Source of the DNA: Escherichia coli
GTDB lineage: Bacteria > Pseudomonadota > Gammaproteobacteria > Enterobacterales > Enterobacteriaceae
Reading direction: 5' to 3' (one strand)
DNA length: 64,000 nucleotides
NCBI RefSeq assembly: GCF_003790525.1
Contig: NZ_CP033635.1
Below, piece after piece: positions 1-10,358 of this stretch. Both the position numbers and the translations under genes were made by a program. Numbering within the stretch: position 1 is the stretch's first letter; each line of letters begins with the position of its first letter. The notes beneath the pieces are model-generated. The model was not told where the DNA came from. It was given only the letters and a program-made list of their open reading frames with translations, and did not search any database.

Positions 1-1217
1 AAGGCGTTAATCTTCACGCCAGCAGGGGAATGAATGCTTATTCCGACGGGGAGTAGGGCGAGGAATGCCTGCGCCCACTGTGGATTTTTTTCGCGCAGGA
101 CGGCGTGATACCAGGCGCGCAGTAGCGCCTCCTGCCAGTCGGTTTTCCCGGCCCAGCGCAGCAGTTCAACGGGGGTAGCCTGCAGTTGCGTTTGCCACCA
201 GTCGAGCGGAACCGCTGCAACTATCTGATACAGCCACCATGCGCGCTGGCCCAACTTTTCGCCTTTGGGCTTAGTTTCTTCCAGCGCATCGGCCTTCCAC
301 TCTGGTAAGAACGCCTCCGGGGCATCAAGGGCGACGCGCAGCATTTTTTCTTTGCCGGATAAGCCTTTTAGCCTTTCAAGTAAGGTCTCAGGAGCGGGGG
401 ATGAACTGAGCAACGGCGCTAACCGAGACTTCATGCGCGAGATCCAGGCGCTTTCCGGCAGACAACACAGTAACCGTGCCGCAGTTTGCCGCACCTCTTT
501 GCTGCGATCGGATAATGTCTGTTCCAGAAAGGCTTCGTCGTGTTGGGAGATCCCCACTTCCAGCACAGCCAGCAGCTGTGCGCGTTCGCGGGCATCCAGC
601 GAACTCATCTCCTGCGCCAGCCGATCGCGACCCTGTTCCGGGGCGCGAATGCGCATTTGCGTCAGATATTGCAGACGCTGTTCGGACGTGCCGTGCAGCC
701 ACATTTCTTCATCCAGCGGAGCGTCAGTGGAGGCGAGAACATAGCCCCAATCGGCGTTGATTTGCGCCAGCCAGCACCCGCGAGCGCCCAGAACATTGGA
801 CAGGATGCCGCGTAGAGATGGCTTTTGCGCTCCATAATTCAGCAATGCTGGTAACAGCAGGGGCGGAGGAAGAAGTTGACGACGGACCAATAGATCAAGC
901 GCCGACCACAGCAACCGCGGCGGTCCTTCTGACAGCAGCAGATGCAGCAGTCCCGCAAAAGCCGGGTTGTTTATTGGCTCGGCATTTTCTTTATCGATTT
1001 CCGGCAGCGGTGCGGGGTCAATCGCCTGCGGCACCCAGCCAGCCAGATGGCAGAGCGCCAGAACGCCCGCCGAGCGCAGTAGCTGTTGCTCTGCGGATGT
1101 GTTATTCGCCAGTTCAGACAGTAACAGCCCAATCTCACTTTGCGACGCCGACGGTGTAAACGCTTTTTTGTCTGTGCCGAGTAGCGCTGTGCGGGTTAAA
1201 TTTTGCCATTCGTTCAT
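1..1217 (-). CDS. hypothetical protein, partial (>=405 aa, runs off window start); translationally coupled partner of the SWIM gene; not in ORF track
   Basis: Own reverse-strand translation from ATG at 1217..1215, which overlaps the SWIM stop TGA (1216..1214) as ATGA; GGAGG lies 6 nt upstream. Reads MNEWQNLTRTALLGTDKKAFTPSASQSEIGLLLSELANNTSAEQQLLRSAGVLALCHLAGW... with no stop down to position 1. Leu/Ala-rich, helical-looking. Confidence 0.6.
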   Translation of the reverse strand, partial: MNEWQNLTRTALLGTDKKAFTPSASQSEIGLLLSELANNTSAEQQLLRSAGVLALCHLAGWVPQAIDPAPLPEIDKENAEPINNPAFAGLLHLLLSEGPPRLLWSALDLLVRRQLLPPPLLLPALLNYGAQKPSLRGILSNVLGARGCWLAQINADWGYVLASTDAPLDEEMWLHGTSEQRLQYLTQMRIRAPEQGRDRLAQEMSSLDARERAQLLAVLEVGISQHDEAFLEQTLSDRSKEVRQTAARLLCCLPESAWISRMKSRLAPLLSSSPAPETLLERLKGLSGKEKMLRVALDAPEAFLPEWKADALEETKPKGEKLGQRAWWLYQIVAAVPLDWWQTQLQATPVELLRWAGKTDWQEALLRAWYHAVLREKNPQWAQAFLALLPVGISIHSPAGVKINA

Positions 1218-2536
1218 TGTGCGCCTCCGGTTGCCCAAATGACGCTACCGGCAAGCCAGGCGCTACAGGGCGTCAGCTGCTGACCATCCCATTCCCCCAT
1301 TAGCATAAACGGCGCGCCGCCGCTGGCCGCCAGTAACCGCCAACCCTCGTCCGACGACAGGTGCGTCGGTAAGTGCTGGCCCTGTGTCGAGACGAATCGC
1401 CAGCCGCTCTCGTGCGGGTAAATCAATATTTCGCTTACTCGCAGCGGCAGAGGCCATTGCCAGGGATTCGCGCTAAGCCGCTGCGCCATGTCATGCAGCG
1501 CGTCCGGGAGGGGTAATTCTGCAAGCGGGAATCTTTCACCGCGGGTAAACGGCTCCACAACCCGCGCCCGTAGCGGTGATGCGCCAGGGAAAAAGGCAAG
1601 CGCGCCCTGGCAGACTTGCCCGGTGATAAAGTGCTGGGGAAAGTTTTTACTACCGTGTGAATAGTCCAGCAGTAGCGCGGTGCGGTGGCTCTTTTCTCCG
1701 TACAGCCAGACCCGGCGTCGCCACAGATTATTCCCTTCTTGCGCGCTTTGACCTAAGACCTGCCAGTTATCGAGGCAGGTTAATCCGTCAGTGACGTCGT
1801 GTTTATCCGGGGGTATTCCCAATGCCGCATGGAGATCGCTAAGTTGTGCCGGGGATAACATTTGTTGCTGGCGCCAGGCGTCAATAATCAGCTGTAGCTG
1901 CCCCAGTTCTTTGCACAGGCTCGATGGCCATACCTCGGCGGTAGTAAAATGAGTGGTCAGATTGTTCAGGCGAGCGGCAATTCCCGGTAGTTGGGCGTCG
2001 ACCATGCGGGCGGCGATCCCGGCAAAAGGCAACTGTTGTGCAGAGATCTGCGCCAGACCGTGGCGGATCAGGTCGTGCATCCACTGTTCGAGGAAATCCA
2101 GCCCCGCCGTCATTTTTTGGTTGCGTGCCGCTTCCCGTTTGGCGGCAGCCTGCGGGTCGGCAGCTTTTGCCTCAGCCTGCTCTTTCTTCTCTTCTTTGCG
2201 AACCGCCCGCTGCTGGCGCGAGGTTAGCCACTCGCTTACCCATTCCGGCGGCTCGCCAGCGGTGAAACTTGCGGTGTGTTGCACCTGGAGAAAAAGCAAC
2301 GCAAGGCTATGTTTACAGGGGAATTTACGGCTGGGGCAGGAACATTTACAGGCCAGATCCTGTCTGTCGATTCGTACCTGATAAGGGCGGGAGCCGCTAC
2401 CTTTACACTCTCCCCAGAAGGCAGCCTCGCTATATCCGAGCGTCGGCCATTTTGCGGGAGCAACCAGGCCACGAGCCGCTTTAACCGAGGCGTCATCGGG
2501 CGCCAGGGCTTGCACTGATTCAACGGTCAGTTCCAT
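1214..2536 (-). CDS. SWIM zinc-finger domain protein, 440 aa, function unknown
   Basis: ORF-track protein carries a CxCxnCxH motif (CKCSCPSRKFPCKHSLALLF) typical of SWIM zinc fingers, followed by a charged linker (RKEEKKEQAEAKAADPQAAAKREAARNQ); no resemblance to GltF; GC-rich. Confidence 0.75.
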   Translation of the reverse strand: MELTVESVQALAPDDASVKAARGLVAPAKWPTLGYSEAAFWGECKGSGSRPYQVRIDRQDLACKCSCPSRKFPCKHSLALLFLQVQHTASFTAGEPPEWVSEWLTSRQQRAVRKEEKKEQAEAKAADPQAAAKREAARNQKMTAGLDFLEQWMHDLIRHGLAQISAQQLPFAGIAARMVDAQLPGIAARLNNLTTHFTTAEVWPSSLCKELGQLQLIIDAWRQQQMLSPAQLSDLHAALGIPPDKHDVTDGLTCLDNWQVLGQSAQEGNNLWRRRVWLYGEKSHRTALLLDYSHGSKNFPQHFITGQVCQGALAFFPGASPLRARVVEPFTRGERFPLAELPLPDALHDMAQRLSANPWQWPLPLRVSEILIYPHESGWRFVSTQGQHLPTHLSSDEGWRLLAASGGAPFMLMGEWDGQQLTPCSAWLAGSVIWATGGAQ

Positions 2537-2649
2537 TACAATTCTCTATTGGCGTGGGGAAATCGATGGGGTCAAGGAGGCGTTAAGCAAAGCAGGAGGA
2601 GACTGTTTTCCGTAACAGCGTATTGCGCGTCCATCGCAAATTTGTAGTG

Positions 2650-2679
2650 AGTATAGCGGGCGGTAAATTCAGGAAACAA
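2650..2679 (-). promoter_or_regulatory. candidate sigma70 promoter for the SWIM operon (-35 TTGTTT, 18-nt spacer, -10 TATACT on minus strand)
   Basis: Hexamers read on the reverse strand about 115 nt upstream of the SWIM start codon; motif match only. Confidence 0.3.
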
Positions 2680-2725
2680 TGGCGGATAGCGGAAAGTGTA
2701 GTTTTTCGGAAAAAGATAACTTTAT

Positions 2726-2758
2726 CCCGTGTAACCCGTTTTAAGCGGGCTACACGGG
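2726..2758 (-). terminator. hairpin immediately 3' of gltD (13-bp stem, one mismatch, 7-nt loop), followed on the transcript by a U-containing stretch
   Basis: Inverted repeat cccgtgtaacccg / cgggctacacggg 11 nt after the gltD stop; the U tract is interrupted. Confidence 0.4.
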
Positions 2759-2768
2759 AGGCTGCAAT

Positions 2769-4199
<1,431 letters not shown>

Positions 4200-7100
4200 T
4201 TACTGCGCCTGCACGCGCAACTCTGCTGCGCTACGACTACGGTGACCCAGCAGTGCTTTTACATCACTGGACTTCGGTTTAACCAGCGCGAATTTCGTGG
4301 CGAAGGTTGACCAGTTCGCCAGAATCTCTTCACCGCGCTGGGAACCGGTATGCTGCACATGCTCGGTGATAAGACCACGCAGATGCTCTTCATGGATCGC
4401 CAAATCGTCAACGCTTAAGACCTCGACCAGTTCCGGGTTAACGCGTTTGCGGAAATCGCCGCTTTCATCGAGAACGTAAGCGAAGCCACCGGTCATGCCC
4501 GCGCCGAAGTTAACGCCGGTTTTACCCAGAATACAGACAATACCGCCCGTCATATATTCACAGCCGTTGTCGCCAATGCCTTCTACCACGGTGATAGCAC
4601 CGGAGTTACGTACGCCGAAACGTTCACCCGCGCGGCCTGCGGCATACAGACGACCTCCGGTCGCGCCATACAGGCAGGTGTTGCCGATAATGCTTGCTTC
4701 ATGGCTGCGGAAGGCTGAGCCAACCGGAGGACGAATGGCAATTAAGCCGCCCGCCATGCCTTTACCGACATAGTCGTTAGCATCGCCGGTCAGATACAGT
4801 TCCACGCCGCCCGCGTTCCACACACCGAAGCTCTGGCCTGCGGTGCCGTTGAAGTATGCTTTGATCGGATCGGCAGCCAGCCCCTGATCGCCGTGCGTCT
4901 GGGCGATATAGCCTGAAAGCGACGCGCCGACAGAACGATCGGTGTTGCGGATATCGAACCAGAAGGTTTTGCTCTGGCGTTCATCGACAAACGGTTTTGC
5001 CTGTTGCAGCAACTGCGCGTTCAGTAGGCCGTTATCAAACGGCGGGTTGTTTTCGGTGCAGTAGAGTGCCTTACCTGCATTTGGCTCGGCAGTTTCCAGC
5101 AGCTTCGACAGCGCCAGTTTCTGCTGTTTGGCGGTGAAACCGTCCAGCTCTTTCAGCAGGTCGGTGCGACCAATCAGATCCACCAGACGCGTTACCCCCA
5201 GCTGTGCCATCAGCTCGCGGGTTTCACGGGCGATAAACTCAAAGTAATTAGTCACTTTGAACGGCAGGCCGTGATAGTGATTCTTACGCAGTTTGTCATC
5301 CTGAGTTGCTACACCCGTGGCGCAGTTGTTCAGGTGGCAAATTCGCAGATATTTACAGCCAAGCGCTACCATCGGGCCAGTGCCGAAGCCGAAGCTTTCT
5401 GCGCCGAGAATCGCCGCTTTGATGATATCAACGCCGGTTTTCAGGCCGCCATCAACCTGCAAACGGATCTTGTGACGCAAGCCGTTGGCAACCAGCGCCT
5501 GTTGGGTTTCAACAAGCCCCAGCTCCCACGGACAGCCTGCGTATTTCACCGATGAAAGCGGACTTGCGCCGGTGCCGCCGTCATAGCCTGCGATGGTGAT
5601 TAAATCGGCATAAGCTTTTGCCACGCCAGTCGCGATGGTGCCTACGCCCGGTTCGGAAACCAGCTTCACGGAGATCATCGCTTTTGGATTGACCTGCTTG
5701 AGGTCGAAAATCAGCTGCGCTAAATCCTCAATAGAGTAGATATCGTGGTGCGGCGGCGGGGAGATCAGCGTCACGCCCGGCACCGAATAGCGCAGTTTGG
5801 CAATGTAAGGAGTGACTTTATCACCCGGTAACTGACCACCTTCACCCGGCTTCGCGCCCTGGGCGACTTTTATCTGAATGACGTCGGCATTGACCAGGTA
5901 CGCCGGAGTAACGCCGAAGCGACCGGACGCCACCTGCTTGATGCGCGACACTTTGTTAGTGCCATAGCGCGCCGGGTCTTCACCGCCTTCGCCGGAGTTT
6001 GAGTTACCGCCGATGCTGTTCATCGCTTCCGCCAGCGCCTCGTGGGCTTCCGGGCTTAACGCGCCGATAGACATCGCGGCGGTATCGAAGCGTTTAAACA
6101 GTTCGCTTGCCGGTTCAACATCGGCAATGTTGACTGCGTTTTCACCCGGCGTAATTGCCAGCAGATCGCGCAGCGTGGTTGCCGGACGCTCATTAACCAG
6201 CTTCGCGTATTCCTGATAGTCGCTATACTCGCCGCTCTGTACCGCCTGTTGCAGCGTGCGCACCACGTCCGGGTTGTAGGCGTGGTATTCGCCGCCGTGC
6301 ACGTATTTCAGCAGGCCGCCCTGGCTGATGGGCTTACGCGCCAGCCAGGCACGTTTCGACAGATTCAGCAGATCCTGCTGGAAGTCTTCAAAGCTAGCCC
6401 CCCCAATGCGGCTAACCGCCCCCTGGAAGCACAGGCCCACGACATCATCGTGCAGACCGACCGCTTCAAACAGTTTCGAGCAGCGGTAAGAGGCGATGGT
6501 GGAGATGCCCATTTTGGACATGATTTTGTACAAGCCTTTGTTGATGCCGTTACGATAGTTGAGCATCACGGTACGATAATCTTTGGCAATCGCGTGGGTG
6601 TCTACCAGACGGCCCAGCGTTTCATAGGCAAGGTACGGATAAATAGCCGTCGCGCCGAAACCCAGCAACACGGCGAAGTGGTGCGGATCACGGGCGCTGG
6701 CGGTTTCGACGATGATGTTGGCATCGCAACGCAGGCTTTGATCGACCAGACGGGTCTGGATCGCGCCAACCGCCATCGGAGCCGGAACCGGCAGGCGATC
6801 TTTAGCGATATTCCGGTCGGAGAGCACCAGCAGTACGGTGCCGCTACGTACCATTTTTTCGGCTTTGTCGCACAGTTCTTTCACCGTCGCTTCGAGCGTG
6901 GTTTTAGTGACGTCAAAGGTGATATCCAGCGTATCTGCGCGGTAGTGATCCTCTTTCATCGTCGTGAGCTGTTTGAAATCGGAATAGAGCAGAATCGGCG
7001 ATTTAAAGCTTAAACGGTGCGCCTGGCCTTCTGCTTCGCAGAAGACGTTCATTTCGCGGCCAATGCTGGTGGCGAGCGACATAACATGCGCTTCACGCAG

Positions 7101-8660
7101 CGGGTCGATTGGCGGGTTAGTCACCTGGGCAAATTGCTGGCGGAAGTAGTCGTAAATAATGCGCGGCTGACTGGAGAGCACGGCGAATGGGGTGTCGTCG
7201 CCCATCGAACCGACCGCTTCCTGACCGTTTTCACCCAGTACGCGGATCACCGAATCCAGCTCTTCCGCGCTGTAGTTAAATTGTTTCTGGTAGCTGGCAA
7301 GCGTGTCGTCGTCCAGTTCGCGGCTACCCACTTCTTCATCGGGCAGATCTTCAAACGGTACCAGACGGCGGACGTTTTTCTCCATCCACTCTTTATAAGG
7401 GTGGCGGCTTTTCAGATCGTCATCGGTTTCTGCCGAGTGCAGAATACGCCCACTGCGGGTGTCGATCACCATCAGTTCGCCTGGCCCCACGCGGCCTTTT
7501 TCGACCACTTCGTCAGGCTGATAATCCCAGATACCGACTTCAGAGGCGCAGGTAATGAGCTTATCTTTGGTGATGACATAGCGTGCCGGACGCAGACCGT
7601 TACGGTCGAGGTTACAGGCGGCAAAACGACCGTCAGACATCACGATGCCTGCCGGGCCATCCCACGGCTCCATATGCATGGAGTTAAAGTCAAAGAAGGC
7701 ACGCAGTTCCGGGTCCATATCCGGGTTGTTCTGCCAGGCGGGTGGCACTAACAGACGCATGGCGCGGATGATATCCATCCCGCCTGCCAGCAGCAGTTCC
7801 AGCATGTTATCCATGGAACTGGAGTCAGAGCCGGTTTCGTTGACGAACGGCGCGGCGTCGTGCAGGTCAGGGATCAGCGGCGTCTGGAATTTATAGGTAC
7901 GCGCACGCGCCCATTGGCGGTTACCAGTGATGGTGTTGATTTCACCGTTATGCGCGAGGTAGCGGAACGGCTGTGCCAGCGGCCAGCGCGGTACGGTGTT
8001 AGTGGAAAAGCGCTGGTGGAACAGGCAAATGGCCGATTCCAGACGCAGGTCCGCAAGATCCAGATAAAAGCGCGGCAGATCCGCCGGCATACACAGACCT
8101 TTATAGATGTTCACCAGATTCGACAGGCTACAGACGTAGAAGTCTTTGTCGGCTTCGAGACGCTTTTCAATGCGGCGGCGGGCGATAAACAGACGGCGCT
8201 CCATATCGCGTGGACGCCAGCCTGCCGGGGCGTTCACAAAAATTTGCTCAATGCGTGGCAGAGAGGAGAGGGCGATTTCACCCAGCACGCCTTCGTTAGT
8301 GGGGACATCACGCCAGCCCACAATCGACAATGTTTCGCGTTGCAGCTCTTCTTCAACGATGCGGCGTGCGGCAGCGGCGAGTTCAGGATCTTTATTCAGG
8401 AAGAGCATCCCGACAGCGTAGTTTTTTGCTAAACGCCAGCCGCGCTCCTGCGCAACGATGCGAAAAAAGCGATCCGGTTTTTGTAACAGCAAGCCGCAAC
8501 CGTCACCGGTTTTACCATCGGCGAGAATCGCGCCACGGTGCTGCATGCGGGCCAGTGCGTGTATTGCAGTACGCACTACCTTGTGGCTAGGTTCGCCTTC
8601 TATGTGGGCGATCAGGCCGAAACCACAGTTATCCCTCTCAAGGGATTTATCGTACAACAT
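4200..8660 (-). CDS. gltB: glutamate synthase large subunit (1486 aa; ORF-track N-terminal extension trimmed by 36 codons)
   Basis: ORF 4200..8768 contains MLYDKSLERDNCGFGLIAHIEGEPSHK..., the GltB N-terminus; the amidotransferase Cys follows the start. Confidence 0.93.
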   Translation of the reverse strand: MLYDKSLERDNCGFGLIAHIEGEPSHKVVRTAIHALARMQHRGAILADGKTGDGCGLLLQKPDRFFRIVAQERGWRLAKNYAVGMLFLNKDPELAAAARRIVEEELQRETLSIVGWRDVPTNEGVLGEIALSSLPRIEQIFVNAPAGWRPRDMERRLFIARRRIEKRLEADKDFYVCSLSNLVNIYKGLCMPADLPRFYLDLADLRLESAICLFHQRFSTNTVPRWPLAQPFRYLAHNGEINTITGNRQWARARTYKFQTPLIPDLHDAAPFVNETGSDSSSMDNMLELLLAGGMDIIRAMRLLVPPAWQNNPDMDPELRAFFDFNSMHMEPWDGPAGIVMSDGRFAACNLDRNGLRPARYVITKDKLITCASEVGIWDYQPDEVVEKGRVGPGELMVIDTRSGRILHSAETDDDLKSRHPYKEWMEKNVRRLVPFEDLPDEEVGSRELDDDTLASYQKQFNYSAEELDSVIRVLGENGQEAVGSMGDDTPFAVLSSQPRIIYDYFRQQFAQVTNPPIDPLREAHVMSLATSIGREMNVFCEAEGQAHRLSFKSPILLYSDFKQLTTMKEDHYRADTLDITFDVTKTTLEATVKELCDKAEKMVRSGTVLLVLSDRNIAKDRLPVPAPMAVGAIQTRLVDQSLRCDANIIVETASARDPHHFAVLLGFGATAIYPYLAYETLGRLVDTHAIAKDYRTVMLNYRNGINKGLYKIMSKMGISTIASYRCSKLFEAVGLHDDVVGLCFQGAVSRIGGASFEDFQQDLLNLSKRAWLARKPISQGGLLKYVHGGEYHAYNPDVVRTLQQAVQSGEYSDYQEYAKLVNERPATTLRDLLAITPGENAVNIADVEPASELFKRFDTAAMSIGALSPEAHEALAEAMNSIGGNSNSGEGGEDPARYGTNKVSRIKQVASGRFGVTPAYLVNADVIQIKVAQGAKPGEGGQLPGDKVTPYIAKLRYSVPGVTLISPPPHHDIYSIEDLAQLIFDLKQVNPKAMISVKLVSEPGVGTIATGVAKAYADLITIAGYDGGTGASPLSSVKYAGCPWELGLVETQQALVANGLRHKIRLQVDGGLKTGVDIIKAAILGAESFGFGTGPMVALGCKYLRICHLNNCATGVATQDDKLRKNHYHGLPFKVTNYFEFIARETRELMAQLGVTRLVDLIGRTDLLKELDGFTAKQQKLALSKLLETAEPNAGKALYCTENNPPFDNGLLNAQLLQQAKPFVDERQSKTFWFDIRNTDRSVGASLSGYIAQTHGDQGLAADPIKAYFNGTAGQSFGVWNAGGVELYLTGDANDYVGKGMAGGLIAIRPPVGSAFRSHEASIIGNTCLYGATGGRLYAAGRAGERFGVRNSGAITVVEGIGDNGCEYMTGGIVCILGKTGVNFGAGMTGGFAYVLDESGDFRKRVNPELVEVLSVDDLAIHEEHLRGLITEHVQHTGSQRGEEILANWSTFATKFALVKPKSSDVKALLGHRSRSAAELRVQAQ

Positions 8661-9333
8661 ATCGTGAACCTCCCCCAGGCTCTGCGGGAACCCCACTTCC
8701 GAACCGCTGCGCACGGGCACAGAAAGAGCGTGGCGACGGGGTTTGCGTGTCATACGCGCACCTCGCATTCGCCCCCTTGTTGTCCTTTTCGCATCGGTTA
8801 ATACGGTGAAGAGGGGATCTCAATTACTGCATAAATATGATGAGCAGGCTGCTCATCCAGAAAGCTTCCAGCGGATTTCCAACTTATCGGGAAAGCTGAT
8901 ACAGGTCAAATGGCAAGCTTATTGGTACAGAAATGTGCTTTAGCGCAAAATTCTTTATTAATTGTCTGAAATTAAAGTGGATTTTCTATTTAAGGCTAAA
9001 AGGGCGTCGTTAGAGAAACAGTCAATTCCTGACTGTCATAAAGGCGTGTTAACCCTTATCCTGCCTTGAACTGACGAGAAAACCAGCATTTTATACTGCC
9101 TTAATTGGTAATAACGTTTCATGCTACTGTTTTTGCCTAAAATCCATAAGGAGATAAAAAAATCTGACACAAGATAAGCAAAAGTGATTTATGTGATTGT
9201 GCATGAAATTTCGGTAATTTTGATTGATTATGCAGTTGATAAAAGCAGGCCGGGACGATTGATCCAGGTCATCGCCGAATTGAGCTAAAAATGGCAGGCT
9301 TTGGCCTCTTTTCAAGGCGCGGTCTATCAGATT
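8661..9333. promoter_or_regulatory. AT-rich divergent gltB / yhcC control region
   Basis: About 670 bp non-coding, AT-rich; known in E. coli to carry the gltBD promoter with Lrp/IHF/CRP sites; individual sites not mapped here. Confidence 0.45.
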
Positions 9334-10263
9334 ATGCAGTTACAGAAATTAGTCAATATGTTTGGTGGTGATCTCACCCGTCGTTATGGGCAAAAGGTGC
9401 ATAAGCTGACGCTGCACGGCGGTTTTAGCTGCCCTAACCGTGACGGTACCATCGGGCGTGGTGGCTGCACATTCTGTAATGTGGCCTCGTTTGCCGATGA
9501 AGCGCAGCAGCATCGTTCCATTGCCGAGCAACTGGCGCACCAGGCGAATTTAGTTAACCGCGCTAAACGCTATCTGGCCTACTTTCAGGCGTATACCAGC
9601 ACCTTTGCGGAAGTTCAGGTGCTGCGTTCTATGTATCAGCAGGCGGTGAGCCAGGCCAATATTGTCGGTTTGTGTGTTGGTACCCGCCCGGACTGCGTGC
9701 CGGATGCGGTGCTGGATCTGCTTTGCGAATATAAGGACCAGGGTTACGAAGTGTGGCTGGAGCTGGGGCTACAAACCGCCCACGACAAAACGCTGCATCG
9801 CATCAATCGCGGTCATGATTTTGCCTGTTATCAGCGCACGACGCAGCTGGCGCGTGAGCGTGGGCTGAAGGTGTGTTCTCACTTAATTGTCGGCCTGCCT
9901 GGCGAAGGGCAGGCTGAATGTTTGCAAACGCTGGAGCGAGTCGTTGAAACTGGCGTGGACGGCATAAAGCTGCATCCGCTGCATATTGTGAAAGGCAGCA
10001 TTATGGCGAAAGCCTGGGAAGCGGGGCGTTTGAACGGTATTGAACTGGAAGATTACACGCTCACTGCCGGAGAAATGATTCGCCATACGCCACCGGAAGT
10101 GATCTACCACCGCATTTCCGCCAGCGCCCGTCGCCCGACGCTGCTTGCTCCTCTGTGGTGCGAAAATCGCTGGACGGGAATGGTCGAGCTGGATCGTTAT
10201 CTGAATGAACATGGCGTACAGGGATCGGCGCTGGGACGTCCGTGGCTACCTCCAACGGCGTAG
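9334..10263 (+). CDS. yhcC: radical SAM family protein YhcC
   Basis: ORF contains MQLQKLVNMFGGDLTRRYGQKVHKLTLHGGFSCPNRDGTIGRGGCTFC (Cys-rich radical-SAM-like motif). Confidence 0.85.
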   Translation: MQLQKLVNMFGGDLTRRYGQKVHKLTLHGGFSCPNRDGTIGRGGCTFCNVASFADEAQQHRSIAEQLAHQANLVNRAKRYLAYFQAYTSTFAEVQVLRSMYQQAVSQANIVGLCVGTRPDCVPDAVLDLLCEYKDQGYEVWLELGLQTAHDKTLHRINRGHDFACYQRTTQLARERGLKVCSHLIVGLPGEGQAECLQTLERVVETGVDGIKLHPLHIVKGSIMAKAWEAGRLNGIELEDYTLTAGEMIRHTPPEVIYHRISASARRPTLLAPLWCENRWTGMVELDRYLNEHGVQGSALGRPWLPPTA

Positions 10264-10358
10264 GCCATTGAGGGGAATTCCGCATTTCTCACACAATTTA
10301 TAACGTAACTGTCAGAATTGGGTATTATTGGGGCAGGTTGTCGTGAAGGAATTCCCTA

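Noticed and set aside
265-1242. Five overlapping plus-strand ORFs from the track (265..744, 476..760, 540..815, 818..1159, 967..1242) that could be read as a frameshifted pseudogene
   Set aside because: They lie in three different frames, have low-complexity Ala/Ser/Arg-rich translations, and are all antisense to the unbroken 405-codon reverse-strand frame. Shadow ORFs of a GC-rich gene.
8661-8768. N-terminal extension of gltB in the ORF track (1522 aa vs 1486 aa); similar upstream extensions on yhcC, yrbL, hpf, ptsN, kdsD, lptA, rplU, ftsH, folP, secG, yhbX, rbfA, deaD, ubiV and ubiU
   Set aside because: The track takes the most upstream start codon, including TTG/GTG. The conserved N-termini begin at internal Met codons with better-placed ribosome-binding sites.
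9124-9315. 63-aa reverse-strand ORF in the gltB-yhcC control region
   Set aside because: Lies in AT-rich promoter DNA, has no ribosome-binding site, and overlaps the yhcC start region.
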